A stretch of DNA of 64,000 nt from Pelagomonas calceolata. Taxonomy: Eukaryota. Under the pieces are notes generated by a model, which had not been told where the DNA came from, did no database searches, and saw only the letters and a program-made list of their open reading frames with translations. This document shows, piece after piece, positions 31,969 to 42,039 of the stretch (position 1 is the first letter of the stretch; every line of letters starts with the position of its first letter). The position numbers and the translations under genes are program-made. The stretch covers positions 868,001 through 932,000 of the forward strand of contig CAKKNE010000001.1 of the NCBI GenBank assembly GCA_918797485.1. The letters are read 5' to 3'.

Positions 31969-32116
31969 CTCTGCGACGAGCGTGAGATCGCGAAGCGGCT
32001 CAAACGCAGCGACGGGTTGTTTGCGTTGCTCGCCGTCGTCCAAACGCCATCGCTGCGACTGTGGGGCTGCCCACGCCATCGCTGCGACCGCCAAGCACGG
32101 GCCTAGGCAAACACCA

Positions 32117-34732
32117 ATGAGGCAGCCGCGCCCGGCGTCCCCGAGCGAGGACCACCATGTTGATGAAGAGCGCAAGCTGCACCTGGCCGAGAACCTCTGG
32201 AAGGCTATAGTGTTCGTCTTCGCCGAGGTCAAGGCCGTGTTACGATTCATATGGAGGTCGCCGCACCACTTCGACAGCTTTATCCATTGGCTCGACACGT
32301 TGGACCCCTCTCGCGCATTAGCGTCGTGGGGCTTCGCGCCGGCGGACGTTACATTAGGGAGGGAGCGGCGCTTCCAGCGGGCCGGGGTTTCTCTGCCGGC
32401 TGATGAGGCTCCATCAGAAAAATGGTGCGACGTGCACAGAGATGGAAGGCACGCCGCGTCCACGAAAAGGATTGGATTGCTACATATTGAGATCCTACAA
32501 GCGGGCGGCTGGACGCGGGCGAACATGGGCGACGCCTTCAGTGCGGAAGACGTCTTCGCCATGGTCGTGTCCGACGGCTGCGTCGCGGTGACGTCGACCA
32601 AATACGACTGCGTCGCGCCGGCCTGGAAACACGACGAGCGGCGCGCGTTTCGCATTCCGGTCAACGACGGTGCGGCTACGCTCTCGTTAGCGTGTTTTAA
32701 CGAGCGGAAGCGCGAGGACTGGCCGATTGGGAGGTGTGCGGTCGCTCTCAGGGCCTTCGCTCCGAACACTCTCTATGACTGCTGGTTGCCTCTCGTGCTG
32801 TCGGATACTGCTGGAGAGAAGCTCGCGAATTCGTGCCGAGCGTTAGTCGCCAGGGAGCCTTTGGCGCGGCAGGCGGCGGCCCACCAGACGCAAGCTGAGT
32901 CTAGAGGTGCTATTCGCGTGAGGTTTAGGGTGGACTGGAGCGATGGTGGGGTCGCGGCCTGTCGCAGCGCTCTGGCCGACGTGTTGTACGCTCCGGTTCG
33001 GGCCTCGGTCGCCACACCCGCAACAGCCTCGGGACAGCGTGTCAGGGAGAACGTGCGGTTTACATTATTTGGTGAAGGCGGCTGCCCCTGCGACGCGCTG
33101 AATGAGCCCTTCGCGACGCAGCGCATACGGGGCCACGCGCGGGAAGCTGTTGCGGATGTGTTAAATGCCGTAGCCGCAGCCCATACGGCCATGCTTTCTC
33201 TTATTAGATATGAACGGCCTCTCCGTTCAATACTGGCACTAGTAGCCTGGGCGTCCTGCGTGCAGCGGCCGATTCGATGTTTGGCCTGGATTTGTGTGTT
33301 CAGCGGCCTTGGACTAAGGGACGCGCTGTTAGGTGATGGCCGGGCGCCGTCCGTGGCCAAGCCGCCCATGACCTTTGGGCGGTGGCTCAAAGCCGTGGCG
33401 GGCCTCCAGCCGCAGGTCGATATCCGACCGATTCCCGTCGAGCAACAGTTCGCGTGGGCCCGCGGCCGAGCGCGAAAAGTCGTCGCGGACCGAACGATCA
33501 ACGAGATGAAGGCGCACCACGAGGAGATCGAGGAGGAAGAGGAGGAGGAGCAGAAGAAGATTGAAGAAGCGGCTAAAGTAGCGGCGGAAGCCATCGGGCC
33601 GATGAAGAGCTTCTGGTCCTTTAACCCGTTAGCTCCCTTACTGTTACCGGTCCAGCGGGTGTTATTATCTATAGCTCGGAGGCAACGCGCGCTAAAGGCG
33701 GTCTGCAATGGGAGGGACGACCCCGTCGCGACCGCAACGGTGGCCTTTGCGTTCTTCCTAACGGGTCTCACAGTCTTCGTATATACAGAGTTAATACATC
33801 CGCTGGTCATGTGGTCCCTGGTCCAGGTCGAGCATCTAGTTGTTTATGCTCTACATCTGGTTGGGTTTTTGCTGTACGGCCCGCAGAACTACGTCCTATC
33901 TCGACTAAGAAGACGACTAAGGCATAAAAGACATGTCAAGATCGCGATGACCTGGTTCGAGGGGCCCTACCGGACTGCTGTGAGACGAGTTCAAAGGTAT
34001 TGGCGAGCTAGACAGATGCGGAAGCGGGCTGCGTATTTACTCGAGCGCATCGAGCAGCAGAAGGACGCGTTCGAGGCGCGAAAAGCGTACCAGGCGGCCC
34101 GGAAGCACCTGGACGATCTGGAGGCCGCGGCGACGATGAAACGAAGGTTAGAAGAGAGGCACGACCGCGCGGAAGTGAAAGCCCTCGAGGCGTTCCAACA
34201 GAGGCAATCTATCGGTCCTGTGCGGGCGAAGCGAGCCTTGGACGGCTGCAAGTGCGGCAAGATCCCCCAACTAATAAGGTTGGAGGGCGAACGGATTACC
34301 TTCGGTGCGACGTTCGATGAAAAAAAAGCGGTCATGCCCTTGTCGATTGATGCGTCTAGAATCAGGAGTGTCCCGTTGTATGACGTGCGACGGCCTCGAA
34401 CCGTAGAGTTCAAGGTCAGGTCGATATATCGAGTGTGTGGATTGCGCAACCACAAGAAGTACAAGCTCGTGTGTGATCACGCGAGGGATGCCGAATTACT
34501 CGTGGGCGCGTTGCGTGCGTTAACTAGACCTCAACTCAAAGCGTCGCAATCAGTAAGGGAGCGCCGCTTGGTCGAGCGGGCCGCGGAGGTCGACGAGGAG
34601 CTCCTCGCGCCGGAGAAGCCCTTCGGGTTTCTAGCTGCTTCCGTGACCGAATTTGGCCCCGCGCGGCCCGAGGCGTTTAGATCCGTCGTCGTCGCGTCTT
34701 CAGCTCATGAGGCGGTCGAGGAGGAGTGGTAG
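32117..34732 (+). CDS. C2-domain membrane protein (MCTP-like architecture) with IQ-like motif and possible PH-like C-terminus
   Basis: C2-like IGLLHIEILQA...P.W...PIGRCAV, several hydrophobic segments, and VRRVQRYWRARQMRK. Confidence 0.65.
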   Translation: MRQPRPASPSEDHHVDEERKLHLAENLWKAIVFVFAEVKAVLRFIWRSPHHFDSFIHWLDTLDPSRALASWGFAPADVTLGRERRFQRAGVSLPADEAPSEKWCDVHRDGRHAASTKRIGLLHIEILQAGGWTRANMGDAFSAEDVFAMVVSDGCVAVTSTKYDCVAPAWKHDERRAFRIPVNDGAATLSLACFNERKREDWPIGRCAVALRAFAPNTLYDCWLPLVLSDTAGEKLANSCRALVAREPLARQAAAHQTQAESRGAIRVRFRVDWSDGGVAACRSALADVLYAPVRASVATPATASGQRVRENVRFTLFGEGGCPCDALNEPFATQRIRGHAREAVADVLNAVAAAHTAMLSLIRYERPLRSILALVAWASCVQRPIRCLAWICVFSGLGLRDALLGDGRAPSVAKPPMTFGRWLKAVAGLQPQVDIRPIPVEQQFAWARGRARKVVADRTINEMKAHHEEIEEEEEEEQKKIEEAAKVAAEAIGPMKSFWSFNPLAPLLLPVQRVLLSIARRQRALKAVCNGRDDPVATATVAFAFFLTGLTVFVYTELIHPLVMWSLVQVEHLVVYALHLVGFLLYGPQNYVLSRLRRRLRHKRHVKIAMTWFEGPYRTAVRRVQRYWRARQMRKRAAYLLERIEQQKDAFEARKAYQAARKHLDDLEAAATMKRRLEERHDRAEVKALEAFQQRQSIGPVRAKRALDGCKCGKIPQLIRLEGERITFGATFDEKKAVMPLSIDASRIRSVPLYDVRRPRTVEFKVRSIYRVCGLRNHKKYKLVCDHARDAELLVGALRALTRPQLKASQSVRERRLVERAAEVDEELLAPEKPFGFLAASVTEFGPARPEAFRSVVVASSAHEAVEEEW

Positions 34733-34764
34733 TATTGTTAAACTATATTAGTAATAGGGAGCGC

Positions 34765-35367
34765 TCACATGCGGGAGCCGATGCACTCCATGAAGCGCGT
34801 GAGCAGCGGGTACCTCGTACGGGGCGGCGAGGGAGGCGCCGGCGGCGCCACGGCCACATCTTCAAAAGGCCCGCCCGGCGCGGCGACCGCCGCCGACGCG
34901 TCTTCGAGCAGCTCCGCGTCCGCTTGATCCTCGATCGACTCGATCTCGTCGGCCGCATCCTCGAGGGCCTCCATCTCCTGGAGTTCCTCGGGCGGCGCCG
35001 GCGCACAGCTCATGGCGCCACAGGCGTCCTCGAGCATCTCGTCGGCGTCCACCTCTTCCGGCCGCTGGAGATCATCAATAGCGTCGAGGACCGCGTTCAC
35101 GGCCGCCTCGTCCTCGATGCCGTTCGGCCGCTTGCCGCGCGTCCACTGCTCGCTCGCGCCCTTGAGCTTGCCCTCCTTCGCCGCGTCGTACACAAAGTCC
35201 TCGTCACATGAATCGTCGTCGGCATCACACACGGGCTCGAAGTCCTTGGCGAGCGGGCTGAGGACCGTCGGCGGCTTCGGTCGCAGGCGCGTCTTGAGGA
35301 TGTTCTTCGCGTCGACGGGCGTGTCCGCCGCGTTCGTGCGGTTCGCGAGGGGGGTGGGAGACTCCAT
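34765..35367 (-). CDS. Hypothetical acidic protein
   Basis: ORF from MESPTPLANRTN with GC3-rich codons. No family recognised. Confidence 0.6.
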   Translation of the reverse strand: MESPTPLANRTNAADTPVDAKNILKTRLRPKPPTVLSPLAKDFEPVCDADDDSCDEDFVYDAAKEGKLKGASEQWTRGKRPNGIEDEAAVNAVLDAIDDLQRPEEVDADEMLEDACGAMSCAPAPPEELQEMEALEDAADEIESIEDQADAELLEDASAAVAAPGGPFEDVAVAPPAPPSPPRTRYPLLTRFMECIGSRM

Positions 35368-35702
35368 GGCGCTGCCTGCGGGGGTCGGGTTTGAACGGCG
35401 GCGCGCGGTTTGGCTTGAAAGCACGTCACGGCCTTGACCGACCGGCCGGACGGGTGTGTGGGTGCGCGGTGGGCTCTCGGCGTGCAGCGCCGTGCGCTGT
35501 GGGGCCGCGCTCACTGCCAAAAGTAGCTCGGAGCGTCCTTACGCTGCTCCAGCCGCGGAGACGCCCTGGCTGGCGCCGCGGCTGCAGCAGGGCGGTCTCT
35601 GAGACCGCGATGAAGGTATGCACTGGTCCGCACGTGAATCGACTACACTTTGCTGCCTTTACAGGCCAAATCGTTTAGTTCGACTTACTAACGACCGAGC
35701 TA

Positions 35703-35727
35703 GCTAGCTCCAGTAAGACACTAGCAA
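35703..35727 (+). promoter_or_regulatory. Recurrent intergenic motif
   Basis: gctagctccagtaagacactagcaa between divergent genes (35367- / 35948+). Confidence 0.6.
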
Positions 35728-35947
35728 TCTTTGCAAGCGTCTCTCAATCACAGTGTGAGCTCCACGCGCCACGCCGCGGCACGATTTGACCGTCTACAGC
35801 CCCCACGGACTGCTCAGAGAGGACGCCGTCGAAGACGCTGCGCGAAACCACCCGCCAGACCTCGAGCAAGCCTCCTGAGCTCCTCAAGGTCGCCGTCGCG
35901 CGGCCCGATTACCCGTGAGTGCAACCCAAGCGTCGAGCAGAAAAAAA

Positions 35948-36358
35948 ATGGCCGCCCTCGCCACCCACGTGCGCCACGCCGTCGGCAAGGCCCTGCGCGA
36001 GACGGGCTCCGCGATGGAGCGGGCTGGGATGGCCTTGGGGGGAGACCAGTCCTTCTGGGACCACACGAGCCGCCACACGACGACCGTGAGCTTCGCTGAT
36101 AGTCAACCGTGCGTCGCGCCCGACTCCTGCGTCGCGCCGTCGGCGACGATTTACGGCGCGGCGTCCGTCGGCTCGAAGGCGACGGTCGGCGCGGGCGCGG
36201 TCGTCTTTGGGCCCAGTGTCATTGGAGACGGCGCCGTCGTCGGCGCGAACAGCGTTGTGCATGCTGACGTGCTTGGCAGTTGCGCCGACGGCGCGGTCGT
36301 CGTCGAGCCCGTGCCGGCGGGCGAGCACTGGGCGGGCCGGCCGGCGAAGAAGGTCTAG
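35948..36358 (+). CDS. Gamma carbonic anhydrase-like / hexapeptide-repeat protein (complex I CA-module type), short form
   Basis: The N-terminus VGKALRETGSAMERAG...SRH, hexapeptide repeats and the end WAGRPAKKV are typical of mitochondrial gamma-CA(-like) subunits. Confidence 0.75.
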   Translation: MAALATHVRHAVGKALRETGSAMERAGMALGGDQSFWDHTSRHTTTVSFADSQPCVAPDSCVAPSATIYGAASVGSKATVGAGAVVFGPSVIGDGAVVGANSVVHADVLGSCADGAVVVEPVPAGEHWAGRPAKKV

Positions 36359-36378
36359 TTATGTATAAAACAACACGA

Positions 36379-37194
36379 TTAATATCTCAAATTCCCGGCG
36401 GCCGGCGGTGGTGGTGGCAGTGGAGACAGGGACGGGTGGCCGAGCGGGACGCGGTCCGACTCGAGTAACGGAACCTCGACAACCTCGTTCCGCTGTTGTG
36501 TACGGTAATTTATGGAAGGTGGCCGCGCCGTCGTCTTCCAGGCCTTCCCGTAGACGCGCGCGAGCCAGTCCCGCGAGTCGTGCGGCGCTGGTGGGCGAGA
36601 ACGACACCGCGAAGACCCTCGAAACGTGCACGCCTTGAGCGGGTAGAGTTTTGAGATGCGCCACGCGTCGTCCGGCCGTTTTTTCCGCGCGGCTTCCGAC
36701 GCGTAGCGGATCTCCGCGAGGTGGTCCGCCGCGTTGTCCTCGGATTGCGTCACGTCGATATCGTCTTTTACGTGTAGTTCCGTCGCGTACACGTCAATAA
36801 ACGGCCAAGGTTGCTCGACCTTCCGACATCTTATACAACCTTCAATAGTCTCGAAGGTCCAGTTGCCCTCCTGTTTTATTTCCTCGAGCTCCTTGTCCAG
36901 TCTAGGTGAATCCAGGGGACCCACCGCAACTGCAGCTGAGGCGTGCCAGGGGATCTGGCCGCCGTGGCGGCACAAGCCCAACAACGTGGCGCCCGTGACC
37001 CAGTACTCCATCCGCAACGCATCCAAGAGGTCCCAGAGGTCCCGCAGCAAGTCGTAGAGCCGGTCGCCGTCGTGCGGCGGCAAGATGTGGGGCCGTAATG
37101 AGGAGTGGAGGTTCGGCGGCGGCGGCTTATAGTCGGCGCAGCCGTCGAGCGTGCCCGGCGACGGCGCGCCGCGGCTGGCGTAGCAGCGCACCAT
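36379..37194 (-). CDS. LicD-family nucleotidyltransferase-fold protein with degenerate catalytic motif
   Basis: YWVTGATLLGLCRHGGQIPW, FIDVY, LYPL and WLARVYG-W are LicD hallmarks. The usual D-x-D-x-D after PW is replaced by HASAA. Confidence 0.7.
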   Translation of the reverse strand: MVRCYASRGAPSPGTLDGCADYKPPPPNLHSSLRPHILPPHDGDRLYDLLRDLWDLLDALRMEYWVTGATLLGLCRHGGQIPWHASAAVAVGPLDSPRLDKELEEIKQEGNWTFETIEGCIRCRKVEQPWPFIDVYATELHVKDDIDVTQSEDNAADHLAEIRYASEAARKKRPDDAWRISKLYPLKACTFRGSSRCRSRPPAPHDSRDWLARVYGKAWKTTARPPSINYRTQQRNEVVEVPLLESDRVPLGHPSLSPLPPPPPAAGNLRY

Positions 37195-37471
37195 GTTGCT
37201 TGCAGGCTGCTCCCTGCACTAGCTGCAATCGAGAGCCCCGAGGCTGCTCGTTTTTGCTGCCCGCCGCGGCTGGAAGAGCACGGAAGCTTATGTGCAAGTG
37301 CGGCAGCAATCGGGCATCGATAGCGTGTATCTGCAACTGCTACCAAACACGTGACATGGGTCTGCAAGGATCTAATTTGAGGTGAGGTCTCCGGGACGGG
37401 TCGCGGCGGAGCCGTGCCACAAAGCAGCGTTCCCGGAGGCGATGTGGAGCGTGCTACGAGAAGTCGTCCGG

Positions 37472-37498
37472 CTTGCTAGTGTCTTACTGGCCGCTAGC
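37472..37498 (-). promoter_or_regulatory. Recurrent intergenic motif
   Basis: Reverse complement is gctagcggccagtaagacactagcaag, between divergent genes (37194- / 37731+). Confidence 0.6.
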
Positions 37499-37730
37499 AG
37501 CATCGAGTGCTTGACAAAAAAAGCTTGGCTGCCACAGTATTAAAAGGCCGTCACGCACGCAATTGACTCTAAGCGAACGGCCACAGCGCAGCGCGCTGCC
37601 GCCAGGCCACCCCGACGAAAAAAAAAAACCCGCAGAGCGTTCTCACAAAATACAGCTTAACGCAGCGCCGCCGCCGCGACGCCCCGACCAAAAAACACAG
37701 AGCGGTCCCGCAAACACTACAAAAAGAGCC

Positions 37731-38651
37731 ATGGCCGCGGAAGAGCCCGACGACCGCTGGACGATAACCTTCCGCGCCCTCTCAGCGTTCGGCCCCGGCG
37801 CCGTCTGCGCTCTTCTAGAGGACGCGAAATTCGACGCCGACGCATTAAAAAGAAGAGCGCCAAGACAATTGTGTAGTCGAGGCGACACGCTACTCACACG
37901 AGCAGCCAGACTGGGCAACATGGCGGCCGCAAAACAACTATTGAGGCTAGGGGCCGATTTGGAGTGGCCGACCGGCGAAACGGATTTAAGCCCCTTACAA
38001 GTAGCGTGCCACTGCGGCCATGATAAATTAGTGACCTTCTTTCTGAAGCAAGGGGCGTCGATCCAGCGGCGGAACAACCGCGGTCTGTCAGCTGTGTCGA
38101 CTGCCGTTCATACTCCCAATGTGAAGTGCCTCGACGTACTAGCGAAGCATGGGGCGGATTTACGGTCAAGAGGCTTGGCTCGGGGCAACACGCTGGCTCA
38201 AAGTGCGGCGTCGCGGGGCAACGTGGCGGCGCTGCAGTATCTAGCGCAGAAAGGAGTGAACTTGTTCGAGAGAGATTTCCGCGGGTCTACGTCTCTGGAT
38301 GCGGCGGCCAAACAAAGAGGAGGCCAGCAGGGGCCGAACAACGCCACTCTCGAATTCCTACATGACGTTTTAAGGGTCGGTGGCGCCGCCGCTTCCCAAG
38401 CGTGGGCGAAGCACGAACGAAGGGAGCGGCGGTTGCCCGTCGTGATCCTGCGAGCGTTGGTGGTGCGGGGCCGGGCCGTCGCTCGACGGGATTCATCGTG
38501 CACTGACGCCTGGAAGCGGTCGCTGCGCTTCGTGGCGAACGCGCTCGACGAGCGCCAGTCGTCTTCGGATGACGAGGCCGACGACCGCAAAAGGGCGAGG
38601 GTGCTCGTCTGCAACGAGGGGCCATTTCGTCATGTCGTGAGCTTTCTCTAA
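37731..38651 (+). CDS. Ankyrin-repeat protein
   Basis: GDTLLTRAARLG...LLRLGAD, SPLQVACHCGH...GAS and GNTLAQSAASRG. Confidence 0.8.
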   Translation: MAAEEPDDRWTITFRALSAFGPGAVCALLEDAKFDADALKRRAPRQLCSRGDTLLTRAARLGNMAAAKQLLRLGADLEWPTGETDLSPLQVACHCGHDKLVTFFLKQGASIQRRNNRGLSAVSTAVHTPNVKCLDVLAKHGADLRSRGLARGNTLAQSAASRGNVAALQYLAQKGVNLFERDFRGSTSLDAAAKQRGGQQGPNNATLEFLHDVLRVGGAAASQAWAKHERRERRLPVVILRALVVRGRAVARRDSSCTDAWKRSLRFVANALDERQSSSDDEADDRKRARVLVCNEGPFRHVVSFL

Positions 38652-38672
38652 GAATTGAAAACATTAGTAGTG

Positions 38673-39152
38673 CTATGCCAGGAGCGTCTTCACGAGCACC
38701 CAGCTCATGAAGACCCAGACCCGGTACCGCCACGCCTTGCCGAGCGGGCCGCTCGGCTCCAAACGTACCTTCTTCTTCGGGTTCTTCTTCTCCTCGCGCA
38801 GCCGCGCCTGCCGCCTTCTATCATACTCGCGCCGCGCGTCGGGGTCCGACAGGATGTCGTAGGCGTCGCGCGCGGCGTCGAAGGCCGACGGCGCGCGGCT
38901 GTCACTATTTTTGTCGGGGTGGCAGAGCTTGGCCGTCGCGCGGTAGGCCTTCTTGAGCGCCGCCGCGTTCGCCGACGGCTTCGCGCCGATGCAGCCGTAG
39001 AACTCGTCCCTTTCGAACTCGTTCAGGACGCGCTCGACGGCCTTCTGCTCCTTGGTCTTGCCGGGCCAGCGGAGCCACTTCGGCAGCGCGGCTGCTTGTG
39101 TGGCGAGGAGGAGGAGGCCTACGGCGCGACTTGGTCGTCGTCGCGGCATCAT
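38673..39152 (-). CDS. DnaJ-domain protein with signal peptide and C-terminal hydrophobic tail
   Basis: LKKAYR...CHPDKN...AYDILSDPDARREYD. Confidence 0.85.
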   Translation of the reverse strand: MMPRRRPSRAVGLLLLATQAAALPKWLRWPGKTKEQKAVERVLNEFERDEFYGCIGAKPSANAAALKKAYRATAKLCHPDKNSDSRAPSAFDAARDAYDILSDPDARREYDRRRQARLREEKKNPKKKVRLEPSGPLGKAWRYRVWVFMSWVLVKTLLA

Positions 39153-39315
39153 CGTTTGCTGCGGCAGAGGCTTACAGCAGTGCAGTGCCTGGCCGTGCCT
39201 GTGGCACGACTGAGACAGATGCAACAGCCGAGCAGTATGGAGTCTTCTCGTCGACAAACGAGTCCCACAAGAAGCACAACGATGAATGCGCCGAGTTACA
39301 AGCTCGCAAAGCCCT

Positions 39316-39343
39316 CTTGCTAGTGTGTTACAAGACCGCTAGC
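39316..39343 (-). promoter_or_regulatory. Recurrent intergenic motif
   Basis: Reverse complement is gctagcggtcttgtaacacactagcaag, between divergent genes (39152- / 39463+). Confidence 0.6.
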
Positions 39344-39462
39344 TCGACTAATTGCGCAAAAACGCTGATTAAGCACGAGTGCGACTTGGAGGCGATAAAC
39401 ACTCGTCCCGCATATCGCACAACGCGTGCGCGCATCGCTGCGGCGGCTGAAGGACCTGTACC

Positions 39463-41991
39463 ATGGCAGCACTCACCACACGCGCCGAGCAGGCGCTGCG
39501 GCACGACGCCGCGGCGACCGAGACCGCCAAGCTCCTCCGCGCGCGTCCGACGGTCGTGGCCCGCTCTGCCGGGCCGAGATCCGGTCTCGCCGCACTCGCC
39601 TCAGCCACCGCGTCCGCCACCGAGGACCTCGTCGTAATCGTCACGGCGACACCGCGGCGCACGGCGCGCGAGGTCGAGGCGCGGCTCCGGACGCAGCGGG
39701 ACGTACTGATAGCGACGGACGCGACGCCCGAATTGGTGGACAGCGCCTTCTGGGGCCGGCTCTTCGCGCCGACCGAGGACGCCGCGGTCCATCAGGCGCG
39801 GGAGCTCGCGGGCGGCGTCCGCGTCCGCGCGGCCAACGACCGGCGCGTCGTTGTGTGTGCGCCGTCTTGGTTACGGAGGGAGTTGCTGTCAGGCCGGCCT
39901 CTCTATTTCGACCAAGAAAAGGCGTCGGCGGCGGCCTACTGCTTCGATGTTGATGTTGTGGCGGACCCGGTAGCCGCGGATTGCTGTACGGTGCTGCGGG
40001 CGGCGCAGTCGTCGATCCGACTGGTCCTATTTAATGAAGGAGAGGGACCCCATGCATCGGCGTGCGCCGCGTGGCTGGGGACGTCCCTCGCGTCGGTCGG
40101 CGCGTCGCACCAACGGCGCCTGTGGTGCTGGCCGCCGGGCCAGGACGCGCCGTTGCGGTTGCGCATCGGCGCCGAGGACGACGCCTGGCCCCGCGCGTTG
40201 GCGCTCGCGCGGCGCGGCATCGACGTCGGCGGGAGCGTCCGAGAAGCGACGGTGAAGGCCGTGGCGCACCTGCTGGTGAATCATGCGACGGTCAAGGTCG
40301 TCGCCACTCGTCTGGACGTCGCGGACGCCCTCTCTTGTGATTCAGATGAGGAGGCGATCCGGCGATTTGTAAGGAGGTGTGACCCGTCCTCAAAAAAGGA
40401 CAAGGCCTCGGCGGCGACGTGGCTGCGGCGCGCGCAGTTTGGTGTGGGCGTCGTGCGCGACGCGTGGTCGCGCGACGCGTCCGTTTTAGCGTTAGGGGCG
40501 GGTCTCGTCAAAGTTGTGGTTTGTAACGTGACAGATCGGGTCTCATCAGCGGCGTGCGTCGTCGCCGAACCTATCAAAATTGACCGCGCCGCCTACGCGG
40601 CGTTGGCGGAAGGTACCGAATGCGACATCGTCCAGGTCTTGGACGGTGTCGATGATGAAGCCTGGCGCGCGGCGTGCGTCGACGGGAACGCAATCGCGTC
40701 GTCTCAGAAAGTCTTCCCGCGGCCGCGCCTGTCCGCCGCGTTATTGCTGCGGGCGGCGTCGACGCTCGACGCGGAGCGGCAGCTTTCCTTGGTGACGACG
40801 GGTCTAGCATCATGCTTGAGCAAGTTCGCTTCATCAATTGAAGACGGCTTGGACGACGAGCGCGACGAGCGGCAGGCCTGCGACGAGCGGGCCATGCTCA
40901 TTTTGAGGAGGCCCGCGCACGCGATGCCATGGCTGAAAAAAGGAAGGGTCGGCCGCTGCGATGCTTCGAGGTGGTGCTGCGTCGTCGGGTTGGTCGCGGC
41001 GCGCCACGGGAGTACGAACGACGCGAAGCGACCGGTGGAGGTCGTTCTGGAGGAGGCGCCGCGCTGGAACGTGAGGCGCGTGCCGGCGTCTTCCATACGA
41101 CTCACGGGCGTCGTCGTGACGCTGGCCGAGGACCTGAGTCGCCCGGGCAATGTTGACGCGTGCCGCCGCGCGACGCTCGAGGCGCTGGAGGCGCTGCAGC
41201 GCAAAGACAGCAAGAAGAAGAAGAAGCGGCGCGTCGCCCTTTTCTTGGATGAGCTGGACGTGATAGAGGTCAAGGACGAGGCCGACGCGGCGTCCTACCG
41301 CTCGCTGACGGCGCGCGCGGCGGTGCTGAAACGTCGGGATGGCGACGAGCTCTCCGAGGGCGCGCGGTCGGAGTTATTGAAGCGCGTCTACGCGCGCGAG
41401 TTTCGACGGGCCTGTCGTCTTCAGAAGAAGAGCGACAAGGCCGCGAAGCGCTCTGTTAAAGCATTGCGCAAGCTGGGCCTCGCCCAGAAAAATGGCGAGG
41501 CGACTCCTGCGGCTTCGGTCGCGCTCGCCTGCGTCGCGCGCTTCGGCGGCGACGACCGGGCGGCGCTCGTCGCGGCGCTCGCGTGCTTTCCCGTCGACGG
41601 CACGGCGTCGCCGCTGCGCGCGCTTGCGCCGCGATTGTTATCCGAGGCGCTCGCGGCGCTCGCGTGTCCGTTAACGGACGCGTCGGAGGCCTTCGTCGCG
41701 GGCGTCGAGGCCTACGACCCGACGGCGCACGCCGACGACCGGCGCGCCTTCGCGGCGGCGCGGGCGGCCGTCGAGGCGGCCGCGCGAAGTGTGGGCCGCG
41801 CCTGCGGCGACGACGCCCTCGTCGCCGAGGAGCTCGCCGTGCTCTCGGCGCGGCCGCGCGCGGGCCTGCCGTCTCCCGTTGATCTGTTGCATGCGCTCGC
41901 GGCGGGGGCGGACGCCGCTTCCGACGCGGTGTTCGCGGGGCGGTTGCGGGAGGCGGCTGTTGTTGTTGGCGGTTTTGGAGGTGTGTATTAA
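39463..41991 (+). CDS. Highly degenerate Mtr4/Ski2-like RNA helicase homolog (probable pseudo-helicase)
   Basis: Collinear remnants: VVARSAG (motif I), VIVTATP (Ia), YCFDVD (II), IRLVLF (III), LRRAQFGVGV...GLVKVVVC, PWLKKGRV (KOW/arch) and LRKLG...ASVA (C-terminal domain). Confidence 0.55.
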   Translation: MAALTTRAEQALRHDAAATETAKLLRARPTVVARSAGPRSGLAALASATASATEDLVVIVTATPRRTAREVEARLRTQRDVLIATDATPELVDSAFWGRLFAPTEDAAVHQARELAGGVRVRAANDRRVVVCAPSWLRRELLSGRPLYFDQEKASAAAYCFDVDVVADPVAADCCTVLRAAQSSIRLVLFNEGEGPHASACAAWLGTSLASVGASHQRRLWCWPPGQDAPLRLRIGAEDDAWPRALALARRGIDVGGSVREATVKAVAHLLVNHATVKVVATRLDVADALSCDSDEEAIRRFVRRCDPSSKKDKASAATWLRRAQFGVGVVRDAWSRDASVLALGAGLVKVVVCNVTDRVSSAACVVAEPIKIDRAAYAALAEGTECDIVQVLDGVDDEAWRAACVDGNAIASSQKVFPRPRLSAALLLRAASTLDAERQLSLVTTGLASCLSKFASSIEDGLDDERDERQACDERAMLILRRPAHAMPWLKKGRVGRCDASRWCCVVGLVAARHGSTNDAKRPVEVVLEEAPRWNVRRVPASSIRLTGVVVTLAEDLSRPGNVDACRRATLEALEALQRKDSKKKKKRRVALFLDELDVIEVKDEADAASYRSLTARAAVLKRRDGDELSEGARSELLKRVYAREFRRACRLQKKSDKAAKRSVKALRKLGLAQKNGEATPAASVALACVARFGGDDRAALVAALACFPVDGTASPLRALAPRLLSEALAALACPLTDASEAFVAGVEAYDPTAHADDRRAFAAARAAVEAAARSVGRACGDDALVAEELAVLSARPRAGLPSPVDLLHALAAGADAASDAVFAGRLREAAVVVGGFGGVY

Positions 41992-42039
41992 GTTTTGTTG
42001 CTAATTTACTCGGTCGCGCGCCAGAATGATGGTTGAGAT

